Assembly: GCF_006345805.1 (NCBI RefSeq) | Contig: NC_042999.1 | Coordinates: 68,696,001 to 68,760,000, forward strand | DNA from: Octopus sinensis | Taxonomy: Eukaryota | Direction: 5' to 3' | DNA length: 64,000 nucleotides | Part shown: positions 35,690 to 50,123 of the stretch, piece after piece | How the letters are laid out: every line of letters starts with the position of its first letter | Numbering within the stretch: the first letter of the stretch is position 1 | Program-made: the position numbers and the translations under genes | The notes under the pieces: generated by a model | Told to the model about the DNA's origin: nothing | Seen by the model: the letters and a program-made list of their open reading frames with translations, nothing else | The model's database searches: none

Positions 35690-35850
35690 AGTTAATCCAA
35701 ACTAGAAAGCACAAAAAAACACAATAACGCGAGGACGTGGAACAAATATAGTATTATTGGACGCTCAGGAAAGAAGGAAAGGAGGAGGGTTTAACGTTTC
35801 GAGCGGAGCTCTTCGTCGGAAACATAGGAGAATGAAAGATCCGGAGAAGG
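35690..35850 (-). mobile_element. (TA)n-anchored repeat with hammerhead motif
   Basis: Reverse complement of 35789-35823: GTTT-CCGACGA-A-GAGC tcc GCTC-GAAA-CGT-T-AAAC; distal part homologous to 59497-59580. Confidence 0.65.
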
Positions 35851-35930
35851 GATTTATATATATATATATGAACATATTATATGCATTTAAATCAAGCGTT
35901 CTCTCTCTCTCACGGTATTTACCCCCACCT

Positions 35931-36001
<71 letters not shown>

Positions 36002-36291
36002 CAGAGAGAGAGAGAGAAAACAGAGAGAGAGAGAAAAAAAACGGAGAGAGAGAGAGAGAGGTTATATATTGATAATATCTAGAGCGATGAAGAGAGACAG
36101 AGACAGAGATAGGATTTCTATTCGCATATATTTAAGCATATGCACACAAAAAATTTGTGCGTCCACTTATGCATACGTGCATATGTGATCGTATGTATGC
36201 ACCCGGGTGCGAGTGTTTGTGCATGAGTGTACATAACTTCATGCATTTATATAAGCATATATACATATATACTTTTATATATATATATATC

Positions 36292-36339
<48 letters not shown>

Positions 36340-36949
36340 CATACATACAACACATACATATGCATACAGGTACATGTGTATATATACATAGACATATATG
36401 TATAGACGTATGCGTATCTGTGTGTGCATGTGTGTATCGTTCACAATTGAACACGTAATTCTATAATGGAGTTACGTTTACAATACAAGGGGAAAAGTGA
36501 AATTTTTCTTAAATCGCCCCCCCTCTTTTTAATGTTCTTTTTGTGGGGGCTGTTCTTACATCGATTACCATTTTAGCTTTGGCAATGTTATATGTGTATG
36601 CACGTTCGTTTGTATGTGTGTGCGAGTGTGTGTGTACTAAGATATACCAATACATACACACACACCACACATATATATATATATATTTACATGCATATAT
36701 ATATATGTAAATATATTTATATATCTATATCTATCTATCTATCTTTCTATACATGTATATATATATATATGTATATATATGTATATATATATATGTATAT
36801 ATATGTATATATATATATGTATATATATATATCATGTTCGTACATGTATATGCATAAAGTTTTATTCGATTGCCCACACACACACACACACACACTCACT
36901 CACACAAACACAAACATATACACATATACACACAGAGGGACAAATACAT

Positions 36950-36960
36950 AGATAGCTAGC

Positions 36961-37020
<60 letters not shown>

Positions 37021-37057
37021 CAGATAGATAGATAGATAGATAGATAGACAGACATAC

Positions 37058-37107
<50 letters not shown>

Positions 37108-37132
37108 GTAGATAGATAGATAGATAGATAGG

Positions 37133-37179
<47 letters not shown>

Positions 37180-37245
37180 TGATAGATAGATAGATAGATA
37201 GATAGGTAGGTAGGTAGGTAGGTAGGTAGTTAGATAGATAGATAC
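36950..37245. repeat. (GATA)n array
   Basis: Seen directly. Confidence 0.97.
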
Positions 37246-37356
37246 AGAATTGCGTGTGTGTGTTTCTAAATACATATATCATTATATATATATATATGTG
37301 GTGTGTGCGTGTGTGTGTGTGTGTGTGTATGTGTATGTATGTATAATATATATATG

Positions 37357-37411
<55 letters not shown>

Positions 37412-37548
37412 TTATTATTTATTTATTTATTTATTCATATGGTTGGAATAATAATGCCTATCATATCATAACAATGCTGAATGTTCGCATATACATAAGA
37501 TCATATACTCACACGCACATATACGTAAAAACATACCATTATTCAGAC

Positions 37549-37586
<38 letters not shown>

Positions 37587-37841
37587 CACACATCGACCGA
37601 AACATTCAAATTTAGACAAATGCGCATAAGCAGTTCCTCCACACACCCTCACACACAACCAATCACTCAAATTCGCATATACTGCTCATAATAATGCACA
37701 TACTTATAGTTATGCATCTAATTGAATGCATGGAGAATATATACATATATATATATACATAGATATATGCAAAAGGAGACACATTTACGTGTACATTTAT
37801 ATAGTTATACATGCTTAAATATAATACGTGTGTGTATGTGA

Positions 37842-37890
<49 letters not shown>

Positions 37891-38095
37891 AACTGCATAT
37901 TTACATGCATTAAATACATGTGTATTTGCATATATGTGCATGAATATCTTCGTGTTTATATGTATGTATGCATGTATGTATATATATATATATATTTAAA
38001 ATTTATATATATGTATATATGTGTATATATGGTGTATATATATACAGATATATTACATATATATATATATATATACATACACATATATATATGTA

Positions 38096-38176
<81 letters not shown>

Positions 38177-39307
38177 CATATACCGCCATATTAATTTATA
38201 TATATATAAGTGTGTGTGTGTGTAGGTATATATGTAACATATATATTATATATAAACATATACCGCCATAGTAATTTCTATCTACAGATACACACATGAA
38301 GACGCGCACACACACACACACATATTATATATATAATAATATAATATTATATATATATATATAATATATATATATACTAATATATATATATGTATATACA
38401 AAATACATATATGCATGCACACGAATATATGTTGTATATGCGTTTATGCATAAATATATGAATATGTGTGAGCTTTGTGTGCACGTGTACATGCGTATAT
38501 ACATATATTCTTTCTTTCTTTCGTTTTCCTTCTAAGTCTATTTTACTTTTCTTTCTCTTAATAGCTAAGTAGGTAGGTAGGTCGGTAGGTAGGTAAGTAG
38601 ATAGATAGAAAGATAGGTAGATATATAGATAGATAGGTAGATAGATAGGAAGATAGATAGATAGATAGACAGATTGATATGTAAATGCCTACATGCGAAT
38701 ATACATTTACCTCTATGCATAAGGAAGTGTGTAAGAGAAAGAAATATAAGCAAAACTATTTTAAAGTATATACATATACGCAACTTATATATATATATAT
38801 ATATATATGCAGATAAATATATATTATATGAATACACACGCACACACATATATATTCTCACACGTACAGAGACATATATAAAAGCCTAGACACATAAGCA
38901 TAACAACGTACGTACTTACATACGTATAGACATATATATATATATACGTCCATATTAAATATGATATATTCAAATGCTAATATGAAGGCCTATACAAACA
39001 TTTTGAAAACCATATATCATTTGATGGAGAGAAATTCTTAAGGACGTCACAATGAGATCTTTTGATCTGTTTTTATTCATCTCTCAAATTCATGCTGTTA
39101 TTTTTTTTCCAGCAAATTCATTTTGAAATAAAAGATTTTTCAAAGTAAATTTTTATCTATTGCCCATTCCGGAAATCGCAATTCGTCAATTAAAATGATT
39201 TAATTGTATGAAATGATATCTGTGAATTTTATTTATTTCTACATTTATGTATCTATGTTGTTGTTGTTGTTGTTTTGTTGATATTATTATTGTTATTATC
39301 ATTATTA

Positions 39308-39368
<61 letters not shown>

Positions 39369-39509
39369 TTATTACTTTGTATTATTGTGTCTAAGAAAAT
39401 GAATATATACCTATATACATTAAAAGAGCGCGCGTTTGTGTTGGAAGATATATTAAAAATTTGTATACGTTAATACATATAAGGTATATGCATATATATA
39501 TATGTATAT

Positions 39510-39573
<64 letters not shown>

Positions 39574-40521
39574 GTATATATATATGTACTGTATATATAC
39601 GTACACGTATAAATACGTACGTATATATATGTGTGTGGGTATATATCTATACCTATCTATCGATATATATATATATATGTATGTATGTATGTATGTGTAT
39701 GTGTGCATGTATGTATATACATAGAAGTTTATCGCAAAGAGAGATAGAAAAGGAGGGGCAAAAGAATTGGAGATAAGAGGCAGAAATAAAGAGATATATG
39801 TTAAAAAAAAAATGGAGAATATCGGAGGAATGGTGAAAGTGATGAAATGTAAAAAGAAGAGTTAGAGATGAAGGGCGGTGTAAGAAAGAGGATAAACTCA
39901 TCTGAGCGTGGGGAGAGAGAAGAAGAGAACTGAGGTGTGCGATAACGGGAGAGATAGTGCGATGTATAACGAGATAGAAAACGAAAGGTGTGTGTGTGAG
40001 TGTGTGATTGTGTATGCGTGCGTGCGTGTGCATACGTGTGTGTGTATGTGTGTGTGTGTGTGTGAGTATGCGTGATATAAGGGGGAGAAACACAAAGGAA
40101 AATAAAGATTATTGATGCCGTAGACAGATATGAAGACGGTTTATGTCATATCTCCATATCTAAAGATAATGATTTCTACATAGACAAACACATTCACATA
40201 AGTGCTCTCACATAAACACATTCACGCACACATGCTTACATTCATATATATATTTATATTATATCTATATATATATATATATATAATATAATATATATAT
40301 ATATATATGATATATATGTATATATATGCAAATGTTCAAAAACAGTCAAATTTACAGACACACGAACGTTACACTCATCTAGGCCATAAGAATTGAAAGG
40401 CAATATACTATAATTATCCACGTCAATCGAATTTATTAAATAAAAATAAGCATAATATTATATTATATATATTATATATTATATATATATATATAGATAT
40501 ATATATATATATATATATGTA

Positions 40522-40569
<48 letters not shown>

Positions 40570-40616
40570 ATACATCTATTTATACACACACACATACCCA
40601 TATATTCATATGCGTG

Positions 40617-40716
<100 letters not shown>

Positions 40717-41490
40717 GTACACATATGCGGCGGAATATGTATAGGATATTCTTCTTAGATAAATTATTAATAAAATAGTTTTGATAAAAAAAAAAACCAT
40801 TAAGTAAACAGAAATAGCATTAGATCGTTAATATCAAGCTAAATGAGTAACCATCTTAAAAATATTTCGTTTGTAATCGATTTTTTAAAGAATTTCACAA
40901 AATATATCTCAATACATACAGACATACATACATACATATATATACATATATATATATGATAGCGTATATATATTCAGAAATGCTTGGAAACGGTAATTTT
41001 AAGATGTTGAGAAATATAAAGACATATAAAAATGGAAGTTAAAATGGCAAAGCAATGAAAATTTTATAATAGCAATATGGCTGCATAACAGATACTTAGA
41101 TGAAGAATCTGGTGAATTGGATTGTCTATTTTAGCATGTAAAATGCCAAATTTACTAACATTTCCTACTGAGGTTCTTACACATGATTCTTATTACTTAT
41201 TTCTGCTAAATCTTCATCGACCGGCTAGAAATGATAGCTGATATTTCTGTAACAGCCTACAATGGTCTTCAAATTTTTATGACAACGATATTTCATTAGA
41301 AAGATTTTCGGCTGTTATTTTGATACTGTATTGTTAGATATTCTGTCTATGATAGAAAGTATGGAAGGTCACATCTGGAATGGATTTGATCGAAGTCAGT
41401 TCGATGTGGTCCGACCTAAAGCCAAGCAACAACAGCACCAACAACAATAACAGAATCGTCACTGTCATCGTAGCTATCCTAATAATAATT

Positions 41491-41945
41491 TATTTCTTTA
41501 CTACCCACAAGGGGCTAAACACAGAGAGGACAAACAAGGACAGACAAACGGATTAGGTCGATTATATCGACCCCAGTGTGTAACTGCTACTTAATTAATC
41601 GAACCCGAAAGGATGAAAAGCAAAGTCGACCTCGGCGGAATTTGAACTCAGAACGTAGTGATGAGCGAAATACCGCTAGGCATTTCGCCCAGCGTGCTAA
41701 CGATTCTGTTAGCTCTCCGCCTTCAGTTATCCTATAATAATGATTTCCAATTATGTCACAAGACCAGCAATTCTAAGGAAGGTGTTAAGTCTGTTGCATC
41801 GGCCCCTATGCTCTGCTACTACTTATTTTATCGACCCCGAAAATATAAAAAGCAAAGTTTACTTTGACGCAGTTTGAACTCAAAGTGTAAAGCCGGAAGA
41901 AATGCTGCTAAGCATTTTTCCGGCTTGCTAACGATTTTGCTAACT
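41491..41945 (-). mobile_element. Two SINE-A copies (alpha 41491-41723; degenerate beta 41735-41945)
   Basis: Reverse complement of the SINE-A consensus. Confidence 0.88.
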
Positions 41946-41971
41946 GAATGCTGTCGTTGTTTGTTCCACAT

Positions 41972-42227
41972 AAGGGCCGGTTTCCCGGGTTCATTGGCGT
42001 ATAGGTTCCCCACCTGAACGGATGCCGGTCCGTCGTAGGTGAGCTGCTAGATGCAGAAGGAAAATTGTGGCGAAAGAGTCAGCAGAAGTTCGCCATTATC
42101 TTCTGCCGGAGCCGCGTGGAGCTTAGGTGTTTCGCTCATAAACTCACACATCGCCCGGTCTGAGATTCGAACCTGCGATCCCTCGACGCGAGTCCGCTGC
42201 TCTAACCACTAGGCCATGTCCCTCCAT
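41972..42227 (-). mobile_element. SINE with SINE-D head but a different 3' half
   Basis: Reverse-complement head GGCCTAGTGGTTAGAGCAGCGGACTCGCG..CAGACCGGGCG..GAGCGAAACACCTAAGCTCCACGCGGCTCCGGCAG, then GCAGCTCACCTACGACGGACCGGC..GGAAACCGGCCC. Confidence 0.85.
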
Positions 42228-42249
42228 GGGTAGTCATCATAAATAATTT

Positions 42250-42592
42250 TTTCTCCTATAGGAATAATGTCTGAAATGTTATGGTGAGGGGAGAAGTCGA
42301 TTACATCGACCCCAATGCTTAGCTGGTGTTTATTCTGTTGACCCCGAAAGGATGAAAGGCAAAGTCGAATTCGGCGGAATTTGAACGCATTTTGTCCAAT
42401 GTGGCAATCATTCCGCGACCTACTCGCCTTAGTTATCATCATAATGGTAATCCTTTCTAATAAAGGCACAATGCCTGAAATTTTGGGGGAAGGAACTAGT
42501 TTATTACAACGACCACAGAGAGTAACTGGTATTGTAAAGGATGGAAGAGTAAAGGATGAAAGGCAAAGTTGACCTCGACGGAATTTGAACGA
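42250..42592 (-). mobile_element. Two truncated SINE-A (beta) fragments
   Basis: 42250-42390 and 42455-42592. Confidence 0.8.
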
Positions 42593-43281
42593 AAACTCGA
42601 TGTCCCAGAATCCCTTGTACTAATGAATCGAGTGTGTTGTGAACACATATTCGTCGTAAGTGAAGAGCTGTTCCGTGACGAACACAAAAGCTATTAACCC
42701 ATTCATGTTCGAATCTTCCGGAACGTATAAAGAGTGAATATGAAAGTCATCGTCTTGAATCTCGCTGTTCACCACGCATGTGACGATTTATGTTAACAAA
42801 AGCCAAAAACCAAAACAAAACAAAAAAGAATCAGATTCTCCAATAAGGGGAGTACTCTTAGCAACAAGGATATCCAGAAGTAATGCAGTACAAAAAACAG
42901 TGACAAGCTAGATCTCTAACAAGTCTTTCTTTCTGATACCTTAATAGCTTCTAAGCTGAAGTGAAGACAACATGTTCGTTGTCTATCTAGTTACCTTCTT
43001 GAAGGTTTTAAGTAAAATTATACTAATATGTCCATCTATTTTAGTTTAATTTAATTCTATATCTTTATGCAGTTGAGGATTGCTCTGCATTTAAATTGAT
43101 GTAATGATTGCACTGTTCAATTAAAAGGAGTTGCTTGAAACGATCGCACTGCATTATCTCTGGATATTCTTGTTGCTTACTTTGATTTTAATCAGCTTAT
43201 TTTTGAAATTGTATGGATAATACCGTACTAAATTCTGGTGCCACAACTTAAATACCAAATTCATTTTAATCTAAATTTCTG

Positions 43282-43316
<35 letters not shown>

Positions 43317-43723
43317 ATATATATCAAAAAGCAGAGAATAAGTATATATGGCATAGAATTGGAAGGTGTAGATATTTTGTAAACAAACTATTCGACAATG
43401 AAACTTTTCAATACTTGCATCGTTCGTTATGGAAAATAGAAAGAAAAGGGAAGAACAATACAAATGCAGAAATTACAGATTTACTATAACTAATCAGGAT
43501 AAATATTTTCCCCTCTGGTTTAACACATTATGTCGTCTAATAGGTGCAGCAAGATAACAGCCTTTGTAGATTACTAGCTGAATACTATAATCAATCAAAT
43601 ATTTGTAGCTTTGTTTCGTTAAAAATGTTTCCCAATTGATTGTATGATGCTATGTTAGGATATAAAAGTGTTAAAAAAAAGATTACAACCGCTTAACTTT
43701 ACACTATATATACACACGCACAC

Positions 43724-43809
<86 letters not shown>

Positions 43810-43974
43810 TACACATATATATATATATATAATACAAATAATATATAAATATATGCATATATACATACATATATGTAAATTCCAACGCCACGCATTCTTT
43901 TCCAAGTAAGTGTTATCTATCTGTCTATCTATCTGTCTATCTTTCTATCTATATATCTATCTATCTATCTATCT

Positions 43975-44006
<32 letters not shown>

Positions 44007-44306
44007 CATATATATATATATATAATAATGTGTGTGTTTGTTCTCCCTACCGTTTGTAAAACAAGTCATTAGAATAAATATCAAGCATAAAATATAAGTA
44101 CTAAGATCGATGTGTTCCATGAAACACTTCAAGGGGTGACTGGTTAAACCAATCGATTGGTAGATACGTTGTTGTGTGAAGGGCACGGTCTTGTGATATG
44201 AGTGCTACATATTTTCGATTCCAGGTTCGAGTAGTACGTTGTGTTTTTAAGTAAAACCCTTCGTTTCACGCTGCTATGTGATCATTTCCACATCTGACGT
44301 ATGCAG

Positions 44307-44437
44307 ACTTGCGTAGCTGTACAGACAATGTTGATTTGATGGAGGGAGTGAAGTAATGCACAACACGAACGTGCACAGCACAAACCATCTGCGCCGCTTT
44401 TCCAGCAAGATCCTGCAAACCACTGATCTGCCACCAG
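44307..44437 (+). other. Candidate exon; ATG 44356 gives MHNTNVHSTNHLRRFSSKILQTTDLPP (phase-1 end)
   Basis: Consensus donor CAG|GTATGT at 44438; plausible acceptor ..GTATGCAG| at 44306; unique, more GC-balanced sequence; no homology recognised. Confidence 0.3.
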
Positions 44438-44719
44438 GTATGTTATTGCATTTGGAGATGTGAATAAGACAATGGAACCCTCGGGAAATTAAACTCAGAA
44501 AATAATGGGACATAATTAAACATAAGAATGCATTCGGTGTGGAAATCTATTCTGTGTACCATTTCCTATCCTTTGTTATTTTCACCCCCCTCCGGCCCAA
44601 AACGCCATAATGCGTGTAGTAAGACCATTGGTCAACGGATTGGCAGTGTAGTTTTGATTGAACAAAGTCTCTCTCTCTGTGCCTAGTTACTGTCTTTTAA
44701 GTTTTAGGTTCAAATAGTG

Positions 44720-45225
44720 CTAATACCCTTTCATTCTTTCGGGGTCGATAAGTTAAAATAGCATAAGCGTATTGAGGTCTATCAAAACGACTATAACTAT
44801 CCACCAAATCTGAGAATTTGTGGTTATGTTAGAAATCGATAAGCACATATTTATCGAATGATCGATTGCCAACAAATCATTTCTAATGCTGACCTTTAAA
44901 TGAGACAGCCAGAAATCCTGAACATGGTCATTCGATCAGCTATACCTCCTTCAAATCACATTCTACCGTATTAAACAAATGAAAGGACACATTATATAAT
45001 ATCATTTAGATTTAATGTTAAGGTGGTGAGCTAGTAGGATCGGTAGCATACCGGAGAAAATGCTTAGTGTCATTTCTTTCGGATCTTTACTTTCTGAGCT
45101 TAAATACCTTCAAAGTCAGCTGTGCTTTTCATCATTTCTTGGTCAATAAAATAAATAGCTGTTAGCAGTGGAATAGATACAACCCACTTGCCTCATGCTA
45201 TCAAAATTGTAGACCTTGTGTGTAT
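44720..45225 (+). mobile_element. Old SINE-A remnants (44720-44830, 45020-45225) and an old dispersed repeat
   Basis: CATTCTTTCGGGGTCGATAAG; AAGGTGGTGAGCTAG..TTTCTTTCGGATC. Confidence 0.65.
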
Positions 45226-45239
45226 TTGGTTTAGCACTT

Positions 45240-45322
45240 AATCTGTCGATCGGTATTTATTTGCCGAAAGGATAATTTATGGGGCCATAAACAAACCTAC
45301 TTCGGTTGTAGATAGGGGAGAA

Positions 45323-45359
<37 letters not shown>

Positions 45360-45545
45360 TGCGCGTGCACACAAACATGAGGTGTTGTGCTTCCGTACAG
45401 TTACCGTCTCACAGACTTGGAAGGCATTTGTCGGCCTGCGGGGATATAGCAAGAAGATACTTGCTCAAGGTATCGCAGAATGGAACTAAAACCGAAACAA
45501 CGTGGTTTACAGAGAGCGAGCATCTTAATAACACAACAATATGCT
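45240..45545 (-). mobile_element. Degenerate SINE-B with internal (CA)n
   Basis: AAGATACTTGCTCAAGGTATCGCAG..; partial 3' half at 45240-45330. Confidence 0.7.
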
Positions 45546-46049
45546 TGTATTCAATATGTTAAAAAACAAAAATAAAACACGTCAATAAATATAAAACAAA
45601 GGCTGGCCTCCGTTCAGAACTACTCTGATCATATGTCTATTTCATTTGTATCGACCCGGGGCTAAACAACAACGTTAATAACTAAAACTTTAATGGTGGT
45701 TTTATATACATTTAAAACACAGTATGCAATAGGAAAGAAAAGAAAACATGTATTTATATGTATGATATTAGTAATTAGTAAATATCTGGAGAATAAATAA
45801 GATAATAAATATGGGATATTAAAATATTAGAACTGAAGAGATGGAAACAATGTTGGTGTTTGAAAAGCAAAGAGACAGAAAATACAACAACAACAACTAG
45901 AACAACTGAACATTGACATTAACGATTCTGTATTGTTTGGGTCGCCATTGTATGAGAGGACTAAATATGTTTTTAGCATATTAATATGTTGTTGGTTTTG
46001 AAATATACTTTTAAAATTCCATATACATACATTTATATATATATACATG

Positions 46050-46083
<34 letters not shown>

Positions 46084-46176
46084 CGTAATACATATGTACA
46101 TACACACAATACATAAATACATACATATCTGTCTATCTGTCTGTCTGTCTATCTCTCTCTATATGTATGTGTATGC

Positions 46177-46222
<46 letters not shown>

Positions 46223-46287
46223 AATATATATATATATATACATATATGTATGGATATACATATATACAGACACACACCACACAACAG

Positions 46288-46323
<36 letters not shown>

Positions 46324-46924
46324 CACAATTACAAACTTTATAAACAACTTACGACATAAATTCAAATATACATTCATATATATATAATACACACATTCAC
46401 ATAAACACTATATGAGAACATAAGCGTATTTGTCTATATGGCTGTGTATGTTTGTGTGCATGCGTGCATGTACGTGTGTGGGAGCGAGAGAGAGAGAGAG
46501 GGTATGCATGTGCGTGTATGTGTGTGTGTGTGTGTATGTGGGGGAGGATGCATGTGTCGGTGTATGTGTGTTTGTGTGTGTGCGTATTGTATTAGCATAA
46601 CTTTAAGATGTAACTTTTCTTTGTCTCCATGCTAAAATACATGCTCTGAAGAGCAAAAGGAAAAATTAAAAGGAGTGGAGAAAGAGAGAGGGAGAAATTG
46701 ACAAAGAGAGAGTGGAGCGTTAAAGTGAAAGTGAAAGTCGAGGAGAGGTACTTGAGAGTGGGAAAGAATGCGAGAGGGAGAGAAGTTGGTAGATATGTAG
46801 TTAAATAGGTTAAATGGACACTTAGATACATTATATAGAGAGAAAGAGAGAGAGATTGAGAAAGATAACTAGAGAGGCTGACAGACAAACAGGACGATAG
46901 CTGTGTGTGTGTGTATTCTGTTAT

Positions 46925-47125
46925 TCTTTTACTTGTTTCAGTAATTTGATTGCAGCCATGCTGGAGCACCGCCTGAAGGGGGTTTTAGTTGAAGAAATCG
47001 ATCCGAGGACTTATTCTTTGTAAGCCTGGTACTTATTCTATCAGGCTTTTTTGACGATCAGGTAAGTTACGCCGGCCTAAACAACCAGCATCGGTTGTCA
47101 AGCGATGGTAAGGGGAGATAGACAG
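46925..47125 (-). mobile_element. SINE-B 3' half
   Basis: GCAGCCATGCTGGAGCACCGCC..GGACTTATTCTTTGTAAGCC..CATCGGTTGTCAAGCGATGG. Confidence 0.9.
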
Positions 47126-47130
47126 ACACA

Positions 47131-47161
<31 letters not shown>

Positions 47162-47289
47162 CATACATACTATATATATATATATATATATATCTATATA
47201 TATATATATATATATATTATTAATATAATGAAATAAACATATGCATGTATATAAACATATATGTACGTACCTACCTCTACACTGTACAT

Positions 47290-47560
47290 ATACACGCATA
47301 TATGTACAGGACACCAAAGGGACGTCGAACACAAAGAGAAACGAAAACATAGACACAAACCAAGGAACTGACATTCTTTAAAAACAACAAAAATGGAGTA
47401 CAGGACAATTAACACAAGAAAAAAACCCCTTCTTCAATCGCTATGGTTTCATCTACTCTACGTTTCGAAGGATAAAAGCGAGACGTATCTTCGACAGAAA
47501 CTTTCCTTCCTGCGAAAAGCAAATCAATTAAAATTCTGAGATCTTTTCCAGCAGGGGTAA
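47290..47560 (-). mobile_element. (TA)-anchored repeat with hammerhead-like motif (long stem II)
   Basis: Reverse complement of 47455-47501: GTTT-CTGTCGA-AGATA..TATC-CTTC-GAAA-CGT-A-GAGT. Confidence 0.5.
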
Positions 47561-48000
47561 AAAATGGTAAAAAAATGGTAAAAAAAACAGGACAGTACAA
47601 AAATATAAACAGTAAAAGACAGGACAGGGAAAAACAAGATAAGAGGGCTGTTGACGCCGAACGAAAAAAGTATGCAAACGCAGATTTATATATATATATA
47701 TATATATATATTAATATTATATATAATATCTATATATTATATATATATATAGGAATAATTCTAATATAATAATCTTGGATGGAATTTATAAATATTTCAA
47801 TGCACTGCTACGTGCGTTTCCACAAAATCACATGTCTCTTAAGACCATAGTCCGTATCATTATTGCTGTATTTATCCTATATTATATCGGCACAGATCGG
47901 GGTGACCCCCAGAAACTGGTATCGCCAGCTAGAATCATTAGGCTGTTAGCTTTAATATGCATATTCAAAACGTTTCTCGTAAACGAAATTAAAGTTTATA

Positions 48001-48191
48001 TAGGTGCAGGAGTGGCTGTGTGGTAAATAGCTTGCTCACAAACCACATAGTCCTGAGTTCAGTCCCACTGCGTGGCACCTTAGGCGAGTGTCTTCTGCTA
48101 TCGCCTCGTGAGTGGATATGGTAGACGTAAACTGGAAGAAGCCCGTCGATTATGTTATATATATATATGTATATATGTATGTATGTATGTA

Positions 48192-48227
<36 letters not shown>

Positions 48228-49525
48228 TGTATGTATGTATGTATGTATGTATGTATGTATGTATGTAGAAAAGCGCCTCTGGAGTCGGCGAGACATATGC
48301 AGAAAGACAAAGATAAAGGTGTACAAGTCATGTGTGCTCCCTTCTCTTCTCTATGCCTGCGAGTCGTGTGTCACATATCGATACCACCTTAAACATCTGG
48401 AACGTTTCCATCAGATGTGCCTCAGACGGATCTATAGCATTAAGTGGAAGGACCGCATCAGTGATCTTGAAATACTCGAAGGCTTTCGGTGTGAAAGTAT
48501 AGAAGCTCTTGTGTTAAAGCAAAGGCTCAGATGGAGTGGTCATCTGGTCAGAATGAAGGATTCAAGGATGCCAAAACAACTCTTTTATGGAGAGTTAGCT
48601 AAATGAGAACGACCTCCACATAAACCAAAAAAGAGGTATAAGGACTTGCTGAAGGCTTCCTTAAGAGGTGCTTGCGTCTCTCCTGACACATGGGAAGGCA
48701 TAGCTATTGATCGTAGCAGCTGGAGAAGGATTGTGCATGAGGCGACAGCCACATTTGAGAAATCTCGAGTTGCACATGAGAAAGTAAGGAGGGATGTCAG
48801 GAAGGGCATCGCTGTTACACTTCCAGAAGGGAAGGGTCTTCCTTTGATTCTGACATGCAATGTCTGTGCAAGACCCTGCCTCAGTAAAGCTGGACTCATG
48901 AGTCATCTTCGTAGTCATAAAACTAGACAGATGAGTGACAACCTGCCACTGGTGGTGGTGTAACCACCATACTACATATCTGTCGGACATGTGGAAGAGA
49001 GTGTAATTCGGCAGGAGGACTTAAACGACAAGCAAAGGTACATGAAGCCCAGTTACAACTACAGCCGGCTATTACCAGTAAAGGTCTTAGTTGCCAATTT
49101 ATACAAGACATTGTAGATCTTTAGCTGGGCTAAAAAATCACATTCGATCACAGCACCAGTAAGAGTTAAGCTTCGTGCAATGGCCATACTCGATAATGAG
49201 GGGGCAGCCATAATTATGTATGTATGTATGTATGTATGTATGTATGTATGTATGTATGTATGTATGTATGTATATATGTATGTATGCATGTATGTATGTA
49301 TGTATGTATGTATGTATGTTTGTGTGTCTGTCCTTGTCGCCCCCAACATCGCTTGACAACCGATGCGGGTGTGTTTACTTCCCTGTAACTTAGCGGTTCG
49401 GCAAAAGAGACCGATAGAATAAGTACTAGACTTACAAAGAATAAGGTCTGCGGTGGATTTGGTCGACTAAAGGCGGTGCTCCAGCATGGCTGCAGTCAAA
49501 TAACTGAAACAAGTAAAAGAATAAC
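48001..49525 (+). mobile_element. SINE-B split by an RTE insertion in its internal (TATG)n
   Basis: 5' half 48001-48150, (TATG)n, RTE, (TATG)n, 3' half 49318-49525. Confidence 0.9.
48267..49214 (+). mobile_element. 5'-truncated RTE-clade LINE (ORF C-terminus, three C2H2 fingers, 3' end)
   Basis: TKIKVYKSCVLPSLLYACE..LERFHQMCLRRI..LRWSGHLVRM..RMPKQLFYGEL..DRSSWR; stop at 48604-48606; ends ..GGGGCAGCCA then (TATG)n. Confidence 0.93.
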
Positions 49526-49552
49526 AGAATTAAAGAATATATATATATATGT

Positions 49553-49935
49553 ATGCTTTTATTTTTTCAGTCATTTGACTGCAGCCATGCTGTAGCACCA
49601 CCTTTTAGTCGAACAAATCGATTCCAGGACTTATTCTTCGTAATTCTAGTATTTGTTTTATCGGCGTTTTTTTTTGCCGAACCGCTATGTTACAGGGATG
49701 TAAACACACAAACATCAGTTGCGAAGCAATGGTGGAGGGCAAACACAGACACACTCACACACACACATGCGCACATACATATGTACGACGTGTTTCTTTC
49801 AGTCTCCGTCTATCAAATCCACCCACAAGGCTTTGGTCGGTCCGAGGCTATAGTAGAAGGTGCTACGCAGTGAGACTGAAACCGGAAGAAAGCTGGTTGG
49901 GAAGAAAGCTTCTTACCACACCGTCACACCTATAC
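49553..49935 (-). mobile_element. SINE-B, near full length
   Basis: Collinear with 16613-17030. Confidence 0.9.
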
Positions 49936-50123
49936 ACACACAGAGACATGCATACACACACCATATATATACGTACACATATATAATATATACTTATATA
50001 TATATATCTATATATATATATCTATATATATATATATATATATATATCTATATATATATATATATATATAATATATATATGATAAATCTCAGAGCGAGTT
50101 ATAAACAGTAGCGGTAACACATC

